Counted from the stretch's first letter, positions 27,857 to 37,167 are shown. The stretch: DNA of 64,000 nt from Candidatus Magasanikbacteria bacterium RIFOXYD1_FULL_40_23 (GCA_001783215.1 MFRA01000001.1:62161-126160); one strand, 5' to 3'. Made by a program: numbers and translations. The notes: a model not told the origin generated them from the letters alone.

Positions 27857-29524
27857 ATGACCCAAGAGCAAGCGCTGGAAATACTAAAAACCGGTGCTAA
27901 TGTTTTTTTAACCGGAGAACCCGGAGCAGGTAAGACGCATACTATAAATGAGTACGCGCGGTATTTGCGTGCCCGCAGTATAGAGCCGTCCATTACCGCT
28001 TCTACAGGTATCGCCGCTACGCATTTGGGCGGAATGACTATCTACTCTTGGAGCGGAATCGGTATTCGAAAATATTTGGATAAATACGAATTAGATAAAA
28101 TTTCTACAACCGAATATTTGGCCAAGCGTATTCGTCGTGCCAAAGTATTGATAATAGACGAAGTGTCTATGCTTTCTCCCGAAACTTTGGATATGGTGGA
28201 TGTGGTTTGCAGAAGCATAAGACAAAATAACGAAGCGTTCGGCGCGTTGCAAGTTATTTTTGTGGGTGATTTTTTTCAGTTGCCGCCAATTGTGAGAAAT
28301 GAGTTTGATCAAAATAGTCAGAGTTCAATGTTACAAACTCCCAAAGCACGTTTTGCTTACGACAGTGGTGCGTGGCAAAGAGCAAAGCCAATGATTTGTT
28401 ATCTTACCGAACAGCACCGCCAAGACGATGATGTATTTTTACAAATTTTGTCTGCTATCCGCAATAATAGTTTTGGCGCAGAGCATTTGGCAGAAGTTAA
28501 AAAGAGAAGAGTGGGAGCCGATACCGGACCAGAAAAAGCGGTGAAACTTTATACGCATAATATAAATGTAGATAGAACAAACGATGCCATGCTTGCCACC
28601 TTTGTAAACAGGCCGGTAACTTTTAGTATGTACACCAAAGGTTCTCCATCGCTAGTGGCATCTTTGCAAAAAGGTTGTTTGTCGCCAGCCACCCTTATTT
28701 TAAAAGCTGGAGCCAAAGTAATGTTTACCAAAAATAATCCGAAAGAAGGATTTGTAAATGGAACGCTTGGTACGGTAGAAGGGTTTGATAGTTATGTGGG
28801 GTTACCCATAATTCGTACCAACGATGGTCGTAAAATTACTGTAGAAAAAATGGAATGGAGTGTGGAAGAAAACGGAAAGATAAGAGCCAAGATTGAACAA
28901 GTGCCATTGCGTTTGGCTTGGGCTATAACAGTGCACAAAAGCCAAGGAATGAGTCTAGAAGAAGCGATAATGGATTTAACGGATGTATTTGAGTTTGGGC
29001 AAGGGTATGTGGCCTTGTCGCGTGTACGCAGGCTTTCTGGTTTGTATTTACTTGGTTGGAACGAAAGAGCGTTTCAGGTACATCCGGAAGTGCTGGCCAA
29101 AGATATAGATTTTCGGGCTAGCTCCGATGGTGCGCAAGAAGCATTTGGTAAAATTCCAAAAGAAGAATTGGAAACAATGCATAAAAATTTTATGAAGGTG
29201 TGCGGAGGGGATATAAAAGAAAAACCAGTGGCTGATTTGGAATCTGGTGATGAAATAAAATATGCGCCGGTAAATGGTAATGATTATGTGCCAGGAAAGA
29301 AAAAAAATAAATCTAGTAAAAAAGAAAAAGGCCACGGTTTTGATAAAATAAGAGAAAAACATCCAAACGCATTTCGTCCGTGGAGCAAAGAACAAGACGA
29401 AGAATTAAGAGAATTTTTTTCTAATGGTATACCGATAGAAGAATTGTCTAAAACTTTTGGCCGTAAAACCGGTGCGATTACTATGCGACTAGTGAAGCTT
29501 GGGTTGGTAGAAGAGGGTGAATAA
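27857..29524 (+). CDS. PIF1/RecD-like SF1 helicase with C-terminal HTH-like extension
   Basis: Walker A GEPGAGKTHT, LIIDEVSM Walker B, FVGDFFQLPPI, helicase C-terminal motifs; C-terminus RPWSKEQDEELREFF...GAITMRLVKLGL. Confidence 0.75.
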   Translation: MTQEQALEILKTGANVFLTGEPGAGKTHTINEYARYLRARSIEPSITASTGIAATHLGGMTIYSWSGIGIRKYLDKYELDKISTTEYLAKRIRRAKVLIIDEVSMLSPETLDMVDVVCRSIRQNNEAFGALQVIFVGDFFQLPPIVRNEFDQNSQSSMLQTPKARFAYDSGAWQRAKPMICYLTEQHRQDDDVFLQILSAIRNNSFGAEHLAEVKKRRVGADTGPEKAVKLYTHNINVDRTNDAMLATFVNRPVTFSMYTKGSPSLVASLQKGCLSPATLILKAGAKVMFTKNNPKEGFVNGTLGTVEGFDSYVGLPIIRTNDGRKITVEKMEWSVEENGKIRAKIEQVPLRLAWAITVHKSQGMSLEEAIMDLTDVFEFGQGYVALSRVRRLSGLYLLGWNERAFQVHPEVLAKDIDFRASSDGAQEAFGKIPKEELETMHKNFMKVCGGDIKEKPVADLESGDEIKYAPVNGNDYVPGKKKNKSSKKEKGHGFDKIREKHPNAFRPWSKEQDEELREFFSNGIPIEELSKTFGRKTGAITMRLVKLGLVEEGE

Positions 29525-29549
29525 ATTAAATTTGCTTTAAAAATATTTC

Positions 29550-29578
29550 GAGCCCCGGGATGTGTGTCCTCGGGGCTC
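29550..29578 (-). terminator. intrinsic terminator of island gene 29607-29909
   Basis: gagccccgggatgtgtgtcctcggggctc hairpin; on minus strand followed by T-run (cgaaatattttt). Confidence 0.65.
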
Positions 29579-29606
29579 TTGTGTGTCTTGCGGGCGAGTA
29601 TGTCGT

Positions 29607-29909
29607 CTACTTGATGGCCTCGATCTTCTCGAGGACGTTGCGGCGACTCATCCGACCGACGAAGAAGTCCTGATCGAAATGGTCGGTGAGGGTGATCACC
29701 ATCGTGCGGTTGTGGTCGCGGCCCCAGTCGTTGGTGAACCGGACGATCCCGAGGATCTTCTGGTCATCCGCCGACAGCGATACGTACCCGCCGCCGATCA
29801 TCCCCGACAAGTACTGCAGGTCGGGGATCGCCTCCTTCTTGAAGGTGACCTTGACCTGCTTCTTGCCCTTGAGTGCTTCTTCGAGCGCCTTCACGATCTG
29901 GTCTTGCAT
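29607..29909 (-). CDS. small protein (100 aa) of unknown function, G+C-rich island 1, paralog of 30067-30369
   Basis: start at MQDQIV preceded by GGAGG 8 nt upstream; own promoter and terminator; N- and C-terminal similarity to neighbour (MQxxI..EAL.G..K..V..K..A.P.D ... VT.T...D.D.FV..M......EKIE). Confidence 0.55.
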   Translation of the reverse strand: MQDQIVKALEEALKGKKQVKVTFKKEAIPDLQYLSGMIGGGYVSLSADDQKILGIVRFTNDWGRDHNRTMVITLTDHFDQDFFVGRMSRRNVLEKIEAIK

Positions 29910-29965
29910 CTGAGCCTCCAACATTCATCTTGGGCGTAAGTACCCAAGAAGGTCACTAGGACCGA

Positions 29966-29997
29966 ATAAAATATCATATATTTTGGCTTTTGTCAAT
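29966..29997 (-). promoter_or_regulatory. sigma70-like promoter TTGACA-17-TATTTT for 29607-29909
   Basis: minus-strand reading ccaTTGACAaaagccaaaatatatgaTATTTT; leader ~50 nt with hairpin TCTTGGG..CCCAAGA. Confidence 0.5.
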
Positions 29998-30027
29998 GGT
30001 AGTGTGTTTTTAAAAATAAAAAAAACG

Positions 30028-30053
30028 AGCCCGGGACATGTGTCCTGGGGGCT
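30028..30053 (-). terminator. intrinsic terminator of island gene 30067-30369
   Basis: gagcccgggacatgtgtcctgggggctc hairpin, near-identical to 29550 hairpin; T-run on minus strand. Confidence 0.65.
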
Positions 30054-30066
30054 CTGTTGCAGGGGT

Positions 30067-30369
30067 CTAGGCAATGACTTCGATCTTCTCGACGGCGTTG
30101 CACATCTCCCGAACAAATTGGTCTCTGTCGACTACCTTGGTAAACGTTACCGCAACGGCGCGGTCGTCTTGGCTTTTCCATTGGCGATACCTTTGGAAGT
30201 GCATAAGGCCAGCTCGGCAGCTTGCCGTTAGCCATAGCATGCCACGATTGAACATGGACATTAGGCGTTTGACATCACCCGGTGCTGCATCTTCTTTGAG
30301 AAGGACCTCGATTTTACGGGTGCCCTGTAGGGCTTCGTCTGTGACTCGGGCGATTTTTGCTTGCATCTT
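30067..30369 (-). CDS. small protein (100 aa) of unknown function, G+C-rich island 1, paralog of 29607-29909
   Basis: start at MQAKIARV with AGAGGT SD; ORF-track upstream extension lacks SD; own promoter/terminator. Confidence 0.55.
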   Translation of the reverse strand, partial: KMQAKIARVTDEALQGTRKIEVLLKEDAAPGDVKRLMSMFNRGMLWLTASCRAGLMHFQRYRQWKSQDDRAVAVTFTKVVDRDQFVREMCNAVEKIEVIA

Positions 30370-30424
30370 TACCTCTTGCGTTGGTTTCGCACCCGAAGGC
30401 ACGGGAAAATGGCTAGGGTTGCAT

Positions 30425-30453
30425 AGAATACCATATATTTTTGAATTTGTCAA
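30425..30453 (-). promoter_or_regulatory. sigma70-like promoter TTGACA-17-TATTCT for 30067-30369
   Basis: minus-strand reading aaTTGACAaattcaaaaatatatggTATTCT, similar over its length to the 29966 promoter. Confidence 0.5.
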
Positions 30454-30549
30454 TTATTTAAGCTAAAAGTGTAGATTTGCCAGTGTCTGGCTTGTAGAAT
30501 TTAAAAAAGAGGGGTACAATGCAGCCAAATTAATTTAACTATACAATTT

Positions 30550-33294
30550 ATGCAGAATAGAAATATTTTGGGAGGGATAAGGAAAGTCTTAAAAATCAGC
30601 GCTATCGGTGTCGCTTTTTTTGTTTTTGGAGTGCCGAATTTGGTTAATGCTTTGGTAATCCTGCCAAATAGCGTGCCGATGATAGAGCCTTTAAATAATG
30701 CAGAGTATTCGTATGGGGTAAAACCCAGTGAAAGTTTCTTGCCGGAGCAACCTGTGTTTAAAGTTATTTATACAGATGATGATAACGATGCTCCGTTTTA
30801 TTTGAATGTCGTTGTAAATGGCATACCATATTCTATGGCGCTGGTTCCTGGCCAAGAAGGAGAATATTTTGATGGGTTACAATATGAGTTTGTTACACCT
30901 ACAGGTACTTTCGAGGTTGGTACGTATTCGTATTATTTTGAATCTAGTGATGGGCAATATACATATCCGTGGATGTCCAGTGAATCTGGAGATATTATAA
31001 ACTATGCGCGCATGCCAGAATTAGGTACTAGAACTTTTGAAATAAAAGCAGGGTCGAACGATCCGGTGATTATTATTCCTGGGATTTTGGGAACAGAGTT
31101 AGTGAGAGGTGATGAAACTTTATGGTTGGATTTGGTAAGAACTATGATTACGCCAGGGGACGAATTTTTGGATCCGCTGATGATGAATGTTGATGGGGTT
31201 GGTACTGATCCCCAGGTTATGCCTGGGGATGTAGTTAGGGTCAAAGGAAATATATTAATAAAATTTCACTATCTTGATTTGCTGATTAGTGAGTTTAACA
31301 GTATTGGTTATCAGGAAAATACTGATTTATTTGTTTTTCCTTATGACTGGCGTTTAGATAATGCGTCTACAGCCCAAAAACTAAAAGATAAAATCGAGTC
31401 TGTTTTGAGGCAAACGGGAAGTGCTAAAGTAACTTTGGTTGCGCATAGTATGGGAGGTTTGATTGCAAAACAATATATCGTAAACAATGGTTCGGATAAA
31501 GTAGATAAGTTAATTTTTATTGGCACTCCGCATCTTGGTTCTCCGGATGCTGCTAAAACAATATTGTTTGGCAGTAATTTAGGAATTGAATTTGTATTTT
31601 CTTTTTTAAATGAGCTAGAAATTAAAAAAATTGCTCAAAACATGCCGTCAATTTACCAGCTTTTACCGAGTCCTGCATATTTCGCTAAACTAGGAGGGTA
31701 TTTTTACGACCTAACTATTCATAAAGTTTTCAATTTTGATGAAACATCTGCGTATCTGAGCGGTCAAGGTAGTAATCAGAGTATGCTTGACGGAGTCGCC
31801 AGCTTTCATTCTTCGCTTGATAATTTAGATTTTTCCAACATAAAAACATATAATATTATAGGTTGTAAGACAGAAACAATTACAAAAATAATTCGCCGTA
31901 ACAGTGAAGTTGGTGGTGATGAGTATTATATTGGTATGCAAACTGGTGACGGAACAGTCCCGCTCGGTAGTTCTGATTTGGCAGGTTTTACAGGGGTAGA
32001 AAATTTTTATGTGAAAAATACTGTTCATAGTAAAATGCCCAGTCTTGATAATATAAGAATGTTGGTTACTGAAATTATTGGCAATACCGTAGATAAAGAT
32101 GCTTTACCAATAGATGTCGAAATGAATAAGGAGGGTTGTGAAGTAACAGGTAAATTAGTTTCAGTCCATAGTCCGGTTGATTTGCATGTGTATGACGCTA
32201 GCGGAAATCATGCAGGTCCGATTGAAAACGGTGATCTTGAGCAAAATATACCAGGAGCAACCTACAAAAATATTGCCAATAATAAATTTATTTTTTTACC
32301 GGAAGACAATAATCAAATTTATACTATTAAACTTGACGCAACTGCCACTGGAACTTTTAGTTTCCGGGTTCAAAATATTATAAGTGATCAGCCAGAAAAA
32401 ACTGTGTATTATAATGATATACAGATTGTTCCACAAAGTAGTGCTGAGATTGAAATATCTCCTTACAGTTCTGATACAAATTTACAATTTGATATTAACG
32501 GAACAGGAAATCATGTCGCCATCCCTGCTAACTCAGTTCTTAGTGAGGATGAATTAGAAGATTATACAAAACCAACGACCACTATCTTTATAGTCGGTAC
32601 TGTTGGGGGTAATGGTTGGTATGTTTCCACTACATCTATTTCGCTCTCGGCAACCGATGATAATTCTGGTATACTTAGAATAGAGTATAGTTTAGACAAT
32701 GGCGCTGTATGGCAGCCGTATTCCGCACCGTTTGTTATTTCTGAGCAAGGTATAAGCACTGTATTATATAAATCAATTGACCGAGCTGGTAACAAAGGAG
32801 AGGTGGGGCAAGCCATTATATATATTGATACTGAATCACCTGAAGCAATTATCGTATTTGATCCTGATAAAAAAGATATTGTGATAAGTGGAGAGGATAA
32901 TCTAACACCAGTTGGTATTTACGATTTAGGTAGTAGGGTAACTTTAATTGACGAGGCGGGAAATAGCACTACATTGAATTTTGTTGAAAAAAATCGTAAG
33001 TGGTCTTATACAACTGCGTTGAAGAGTATTTTATATAACGGAGTTGAATTAGAAAAAATAACTAAAAATAGATTTAATTTTAAGTGGAAATATAAACATG
33101 ATAATTTAACAGAGCTAGAACAAAGTATTTTACTGAAAGATGTTTTTAGATTAAGAGCCGAGTATAATTTAAAGAAAAACATTACATATATTCGTGGTAA
33201 AGATGCCGAAACTGGAAAAATCAAGGAAAAAATGGATGGCTTAGTTCTGGTTAAAATTAAAACTAGTAAAGGGAGTTTAAACTACAATTATTAA
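30550..33294 (+). CDS. secreted/anchored giant protein with lipase-like alpha/beta-hydrolase domain and C-terminal beta-rich (Ig-like) region
   Basis: N-terminal signal/TM ISAIGVAFFVFGVPNLVNA; VTLVAHSMGGLIAKQY (AHSMG lipase pentapeptide as in Bacillus LipA); PVIIIPGILGTEL oxyanion-region-like. Confidence 0.65.
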   Translation: MQNRNILGGIRKVLKISAIGVAFFVFGVPNLVNALVILPNSVPMIEPLNNAEYSYGVKPSESFLPEQPVFKVIYTDDDNDAPFYLNVVVNGIPYSMALVPGQEGEYFDGLQYEFVTPTGTFEVGTYSYYFESSDGQYTYPWMSSESGDIINYARMPELGTRTFEIKAGSNDPVIIIPGILGTELVRGDETLWLDLVRTMITPGDEFLDPLMMNVDGVGTDPQVMPGDVVRVKGNILIKFHYLDLLISEFNSIGYQENTDLFVFPYDWRLDNASTAQKLKDKIESVLRQTGSAKVTLVAHSMGGLIAKQYIVNNGSDKVDKLIFIGTPHLGSPDAAKTILFGSNLGIEFVFSFLNELEIKKIAQNMPSIYQLLPSPAYFAKLGGYFYDLTIHKVFNFDETSAYLSGQGSNQSMLDGVASFHSSLDNLDFSNIKTYNIIGCKTETITKIIRRNSEVGGDEYYIGMQTGDGTVPLGSSDLAGFTGVENFYVKNTVHSKMPSLDNIRMLVTEIIGNTVDKDALPIDVEMNKEGCEVTGKLVSVHSPVDLHVYDASGNHAGPIENGDLEQNIPGATYKNIANNKFIFLPEDNNQIYTIKLDATATGTFSFRVQNIISDQPEKTVYYNDIQIVPQSSAEIEISPYSSDTNLQFDINGTGNHVAIPANSVLSEDELEDYTKPTTTIFIVGTVGGNGWYVSTTSISLSATDDNSGILRIEYSLDNGAVWQPYSAPFVISEQGISTVLYKSIDRAGNKGEVGQAIIYIDTESPEAIIVFDPDKKDIVISGEDNLTPVGIYDLGSRVTLIDEAGNSTTLNFVEKNRKWSYTTALKSILYNGVELEKITKNRFNFKWKYKHDNLTELEQSILLKDVFRLRAEYNLKKNITYIRGKDAETGKIKEKMDGLVLVKIKTSKGSLNYNY

Positions 33295-33301
33295 CTTTTT
33301 T

Positions 33302-33601
33302 ATGATTAAAAAATCAGTGTTAATTTTAGCCGTTGTTCTACCGTGGGTTCTGATATTAATTTTTGGTTTATTTGGGCTTGAAACAAGGAGTCATTTTTTT
33401 CAAGAAAATGAAGTGCGGATTAAGATTTCGTTGCTAGTAATTGTTCTGTTAGCGTGTATATTTAGTGGTATTAACTTATTTAAAGAGAAACAAAAAAATT
33501 ATTTAAAAATATTAAAAGCGGCCGTGTTTTTAGGAATATTTATAATTACATTTTTGTCAATGTGGTTTATCCTTGCCCTAAGAAATGGTGTAAGGTTCTA
33601 A
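33302..33601 (+). CDS. small membrane protein
   Basis: three hydrophobic segments in 99 aa. Confidence 0.45.
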   Translation: MIKKSVLILAVVLPWVLILIFGLFGLETRSHFFQENEVRIKISLLVIVLLACIFSGINLFKEKQKNYLKILKAAVFLGIFIITFLSMWFILALRNGVRF

Positions 33602-34089
33602 TATTTATAAAAAATAAAATCGTGTTATCAGATTATAACCCAACAATAAGAAGGTGTAAAAATTATCTAAAAACTTTTTTATATAGTTTGTTTTTGTTTG
33701 CAATTTCTTTAGGTATTACATATTTCCTGTGTCCGTTTACAGCTAAAATATTCTGTTACATTGGCGGGCCTAGAGAATGTTCAGGCGGCTTCTCCAGTAT
33801 TGATTTTTCTCCGGTTATAGGTATTTTACTTAATTATTTATTTTTTATACCATTGTTATTTATAGTTTTTGGTGATAAAAATAAGTATTGGTGGATTGGT
33901 GTTACGCAATTTTTAATGTTTTTATTTTTAATTCGTGTTTTTTACTCCCCAGTGTACTTTTTAGCTGGAATCTTTAATCTTTTGCCATTTATTTTATCAA
34001 TATTTTTAGGCGTAGCTTTAGGGTTGATAATTGTTAAAATTAAAAACATTGTTTTAAAAAATAAAATGAAATCTACTGTTAAAAAGTAA
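33562..34089 (+). CDS. membrane protein with KYWWIG motif (start uncertain; overlaps preceding ORF)
   Basis: four hydrophobic segments; GDKNKYWWIGVTQFLMFLFL paralogous to motif in 34246 ORF. Confidence 0.45.
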   Translation: MVYPCPKKWCKVLIFIKNKIVLSDYNPTIRRCKNYLKTFLYSLFLFAISLGITYFLCPFTAKIFCYIGGPRECSGGFSSIDFSPVIGILLNYLFFIPLLFIVFGDKNKYWWIGVTQFLMFLFLIRVFYSPVYFLAGIFNLLPFILSIFLGVALGLIIVKIKNIVLKNKMKSTVKK

Positions 34090-34245
34090 TCAAACGAATT
34101 GAGCGAGCGGAAAAGGTGGTTGATCGTATTTTGGCTAAGCAATTATTGCGAAATTTATCTCGTTATCAAACACGAGGTTGGCTAAATAACGAAGCGTATA
34201 ATTTATTAATAGAGGATATTAATTGGTTGTTAAATAATTAAAATT

Positions 34246-34605
34246 ATGAAAAAATTCCTACTAGTTTTAGGGTGGCTAGTTAGTTCGATTTTGTTCGCTG
34301 TATTTTTTGGCCGTTTATATTATTATTTAGGATTTTCAAAAGGCGGAGGGTTATTTTTGTCATCTAATTTTTTTGACGATTTTATTAATGGTTTATTTCC
34401 TTCTTATATATTTTTCCTCACCCTCCTCTTCACCGCCTTCGGTGGCACCAAAAAATACTGGTGGATTGGAATTGCTTTAATCCCGGCAGTGTTATTTGAA
34501 GTAGCGTTTGATTTACAGCATATTTATTTTCCTGTCGCTGTTGGTTTGGTAGGTTGGTTGTTAGGGAAGGGAGTAAACATGTTAGTAGAAAAACATAAGT
34601 TATAA
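34246..34605 (+). CDS. small membrane protein with KYWWIG motif (paralog of preceding gene)
   Basis: GGTKKYWWIGIALIPAVLFEV. Confidence 0.5.
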   Translation: MKKFLLVLGWLVSSILFAVFFGRLYYYLGFSKGGGLFLSSNFFDDFINGLFPSYIFFLTLLFTAFGGTKKYWWIGIALIPAVLFEVAFDLQHIYFPVAVGLVGWLLGKGVNMLVEKHKL

Positions 34606-34620
34606 ACCCTACTAAACCAT

Positions 34621-35145
34621 ATGTCAATCTTCGACATAGCACTTCTTATCATCGTTGCTGGTTTCGCTTTGTTTGGTTTGTGGTTTGGTTTGGTGCACAC
34701 TTTGGGTTCTTTAATCGGTACCATTGTAGGTGTTTATTTAGCCAGCCGATTTTATGGAGTGGTAGCCAATTGGATTATAAATTTTACCGGCTGGAATCAA
34801 AATTATATAACTGTTATCGTTTTCATCGTTTCTTTTCTCTTAATTACTAGACTAGTCGGATTTGTTTTTTGGCTTCTGCAAAAATTCTTATCTATTTTTA
34901 CAAGTCTGCCGTTTATCAAGGGGTTAGATAGAATATTAGGAATGGTTTTTGGAGCTATAGAAGGCGCGTTGGTAGTTGGTATTTCTTTGTATTTCATCGC
35001 TCGTTTTCCAATTAGTTTAATGTTTATGGGTGGACTTGCCGAATCTCAAGTTGCTCCGCCTTTGGTACGTTTGGCTTCTATTCTTATTCCACTCTTCCCC
35101 GAAGCTTTGCGAATGTTGCGAAGTACAGTGGAGAGCCTGATTTAA
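34621..35145 (+). CDS. cvpA: CvpA-family membrane protein
   Basis: MSIFDIALLIIVAGFALFGLWFGLVHTLGSLIGTIVGVYLASRFY typical CvpA N-terminus, 4 TM. Confidence 0.7.
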   Translation: MSIFDIALLIIVAGFALFGLWFGLVHTLGSLIGTIVGVYLASRFYGVVANWIINFTGWNQNYITVIVFIVSFLLITRLVGFVFWLLQKFLSIFTSLPFIKGLDRILGMVFGAIEGALVVGISLYFIARFPISLMFMGGLAESQVAPPLVRLASILIPLFPEALRMLRSTVESLI

Positions 35146-35156
35146 TAAATACCCAA

Positions 35157-35192
35157 GAGATCCCTCGTCGCTATGGCTCGCTCGGGATGACA
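35157..35192. repeat. partial REP-like element (GAGATCCCTCGTCGC...GCTCGGGATGACA)
   Basis: shares gctcgggatgaca / gatccctc arms with 27730 copy. Confidence 0.45.
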
Positions 35193-35199
35193 TTAGAAA

Positions 35200-36060
35200 T
35201 TGTTTATGTTTGATACGCACTGCCATGTACAGTTTAATGGTTTTAAAGATGATGCTGAAGAGGTAATAAAAAAATGCGGTGACAAAAAAATGATTTTGAA
35301 TTTGGTTGGTACTCAAAAAGATACTAGTCGTGCCGGGGTAGAGATGGCCAACAAATTTCCGTTTACCTATGCCAGCATCGGGCTTCATCCAGTTCATCTT
35401 TTTTCTACTCATATAGACGAAGAAGAGAGTAAGTTTTTGTCGCGCGAAGAAACTTTTGATTATGAGTATTATAAAAATTTGGGACAGAGTAAAAAAGTAA
35501 TAGCAGTGGGGGAGTGTGGATTGGATTTATATAGATTACCAGAAGGACGAACAGTAGAAGAAGTGCTAGAAAAACAAAAAGAAACTTTTGCGTTGCAATA
35601 TAAATTGGCGCAAGAATTAAATGTGGCATTGGTAATTCATGTGCGAGAGGCGCACGAGCAGATGATAGAACTTTTGAAAAAACTTTCTAACAACGGTTCG
35701 GTGCGCGGAACGGTGCATTGTTATACCAGCAATTGGCATTTTGCCCAGCAGTATCTAGATATAGGTTTAAATATAGGTTTCACCGGTGTGATTACTTTTC
35801 CTCCAAGAAAAGCAGATCCACAAGCGCAAACAGATTTGCTAGAAGTAGTAAAAAATTGTCCGCTAGATAAAATAGTAGTAGAAACAGATGCGCCGTACTT
35901 GGCGCCGTTGCCATATAGAGGCCAAAGATGTGAACCGCAAATGGTGGAGCAAACCATTCGAAAAATTGCTCAATTAAAAAATATTTCCTTTGAAGAAGCG
36001 GAAAAAGCTACGACCGAAAACGCCAAAAAATTATTTAGAATTTCTTCTGAAAAAAATTGA
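35200..36060 (+). CDS. tatD: TatD-family metal-dependent DNase/hydrolase
   Basis: MFDTHCHVQF N-terminal HxH, GLHP, GECGLD, VIHVREA, ETDAPYL motifs. Confidence 0.9.
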   Translation: MFMFDTHCHVQFNGFKDDAEEVIKKCGDKKMILNLVGTQKDTSRAGVEMANKFPFTYASIGLHPVHLFSTHIDEEESKFLSREETFDYEYYKNLGQSKKVIAVGECGLDLYRLPEGRTVEEVLEKQKETFALQYKLAQELNVALVIHVREAHEQMIELLKKLSNNGSVRGTVHCYTSNWHFAQQYLDIGLNIGFTGVITFPPRKADPQAQTDLLEVVKNCPLDKIVVETDAPYLAPLPYRGQRCEPQMVEQTIRKIAQLKNISFEEAEKATTENAKKLFRISSEKN

Positions 36061-36111
36061 ACCCCGCACCGAACATCGGGCGAGGTAAAGCGTGGGTGTT
36101 GACCGCGAGAG

Positions 36112-36369
36112 TTATCGGGGTACACGCACCTTTTGGGGTCCGTACCTTCTACAGGCGATGTCTTCCTCGGTAATATCGTTGAGGTCGAATTCCATGGAAG
36201 GCGTAAAACCGCCGGTCATGCTAGTGAAGAAGTCCTCTAGCCACTGGTTGAATTCCTTGCCCAGGGACTGTAAGAACGCAATCGTCCAGTAGGTCAGCTC
36301 TTCTCCCAAGGAGCTGAGAGAATCTGACAATTCGTCAATCAACTTCTGAAACTCACTTTTCTTCTTCAT
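36112..36369 (-). CDS. small acidic protein (85 aa), G+C-rich island 2
   Basis: AGAGGA SD before ATG; upstream TTGACC promoter-like box (36420-36415); MKKKSEFQKLIDELSDSLSSLGEELTYW... Confidence 0.5.
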   Translation of the reverse strand: MKKKSEFQKLIDELSDSLSSLGEELTYWTIAFLQSLGKEFNQWLEDFFTSMTGGFTPSMEFDLNDITEEDIACRRYGPQKVRVPR

Positions 36370-36432
36370 GGGTTCCTCTTCCCAGTATTTAACCTATCAT
36401 ATTTTAGATTAGACGGTCAATTATATACAGTA

Positions 36433-36467
36433 ACAAAAAACACTCTGTATTATAGAGTGTTTTTTGT
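36433..36467. terminator. bidirectional intrinsic terminator (A-run / palindrome / T-run)
   Basis: aaaaaacactctgtattatagagtgttttttg: stem AACACTCT/AGAGTGTT flanked by A6 and T6. Confidence 0.65.
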
Positions 36468-36603
36468 TATCCGAGTGAGGTTATATGGCTGCAAATTTGT
36501 TCACCACCATCTTTCTAAAAGACAAGTTTTATCTCTAGAAAGATAGTGAGGTGGCGAACGAATGTTGCCAGGCTCACTGTTAAACGACGTTATAGTCGGA
36601 GGG

Positions 36604-36984
36604 CTAGAAGCCCAGTGTTGCGAGAGCCTGATCGGCTTCGTCGGGAGAGCAAGTGCCCATCCGTTGAGCGATCATGATCTGGCTCGCAACAGGTGTTGCT
36701 TGCGGCAACAATTCCTCGAGCACAGACCGGCGCAAAACCATGAGCGCTTGCAGAATCGAGAGTCGATCCAACAAGGGCAGGTTCTTCTGCTGGATGCGCA
36801 ACGCAAGGACCCGAAGGTCCATTGTGCCGAACAGTACCATGCAGGCTTCGTTGTGTGAGCGAAAGCTCGGGGACTGGAAACCCCCGGGCAGTTCGCGTAA
36901 ACTGCCATCCTGGCAGAGCTCCCCAGTAGCGAGGATGAACTGACCAGTGTGGCCGATGGGCTTGACGAAAACTCGCTCGTTCAT
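36604..36984 (-). CDS. small protein (126 aa), island 2 (start at MNERVFV)
   Basis: GGAGG 10 nt upstream of ATG; balanced composition unlike overlapping Arg/Ser-rich alternative frames; own promoter. Confidence 0.55.
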   Translation of the reverse strand: MNERVFVKPIGHTGQFILATGELCQDGSLRELPGGFQSPSFRSHNEACMVLFGTMDLRVLALRIQQKNLPLLDRLSILQALMVLRRSVLEELLPQATPVASQIMIAQRMGTCSPDEADQALATLGF

Positions 36985-37049
36985 AATGATGGCCTCCAAG
37001 CCTGGTTGAGAGAACGGTTTGTTCCCTCAGCGGGCAGAAAGAACGCGTT

Positions 37050-37109
37050 ATTTTGCCGAGGGAAAGGAAAAGACGATCTTTTCGTATGTTCTTTTCCCTG
37101 GCAAAAGGC
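37050..37109 (-). promoter_or_regulatory. conserved structured 5' UTR hairpin (UUUUGCCAGGG...CCCUCGGCAAAA), copy 1 of 3
   Basis: transcript reads ccttttgccagggaaaagaacatacgaaaagatcgtcttttcctttccctcggcaaaat; outer and inner inverted repeats; ~90 nt upstream of start codon. Confidence 0.55.
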
Positions 37110-37138
37110 GTTACTGCGTGGATTGTAAAGAGCTCTGT

Positions 37139-37167
37139 AATATAGGTTAAAATCTTGCCTTTGTCAA
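37139..37167 (-). promoter_or_regulatory. sigma70-like promoter TTGACA-17-TATATT for 36604-36984
   Basis: minus strand taTTGACAaaggcaagattttaaccTATATT. Confidence 0.55.

Noticed and set aside
29562-30466. Plus-strand and alternative-frame ORFs in island 1 (29562-29939, 29686-29913, 29983-30231, 30074-30466, 29925-30116, 29993-30235), plus the N-terminal extension of 30067-30453.
   Set aside because: The same alternative-frame artefact applies here. Only the two minus-strand frames, starting at MQDQIV and MQAKIARV, are preceded by an SD and a promoter. The 28-codon upstream extension has no SD.
36045-36095. Terminator for island gene 36112-36369, overlapping the tatD stop.
   Set aside because: There is a T-run on the minus strand, but only a 4-bp CCCG/CGGG stem with a long loop. 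That is too weak to call.
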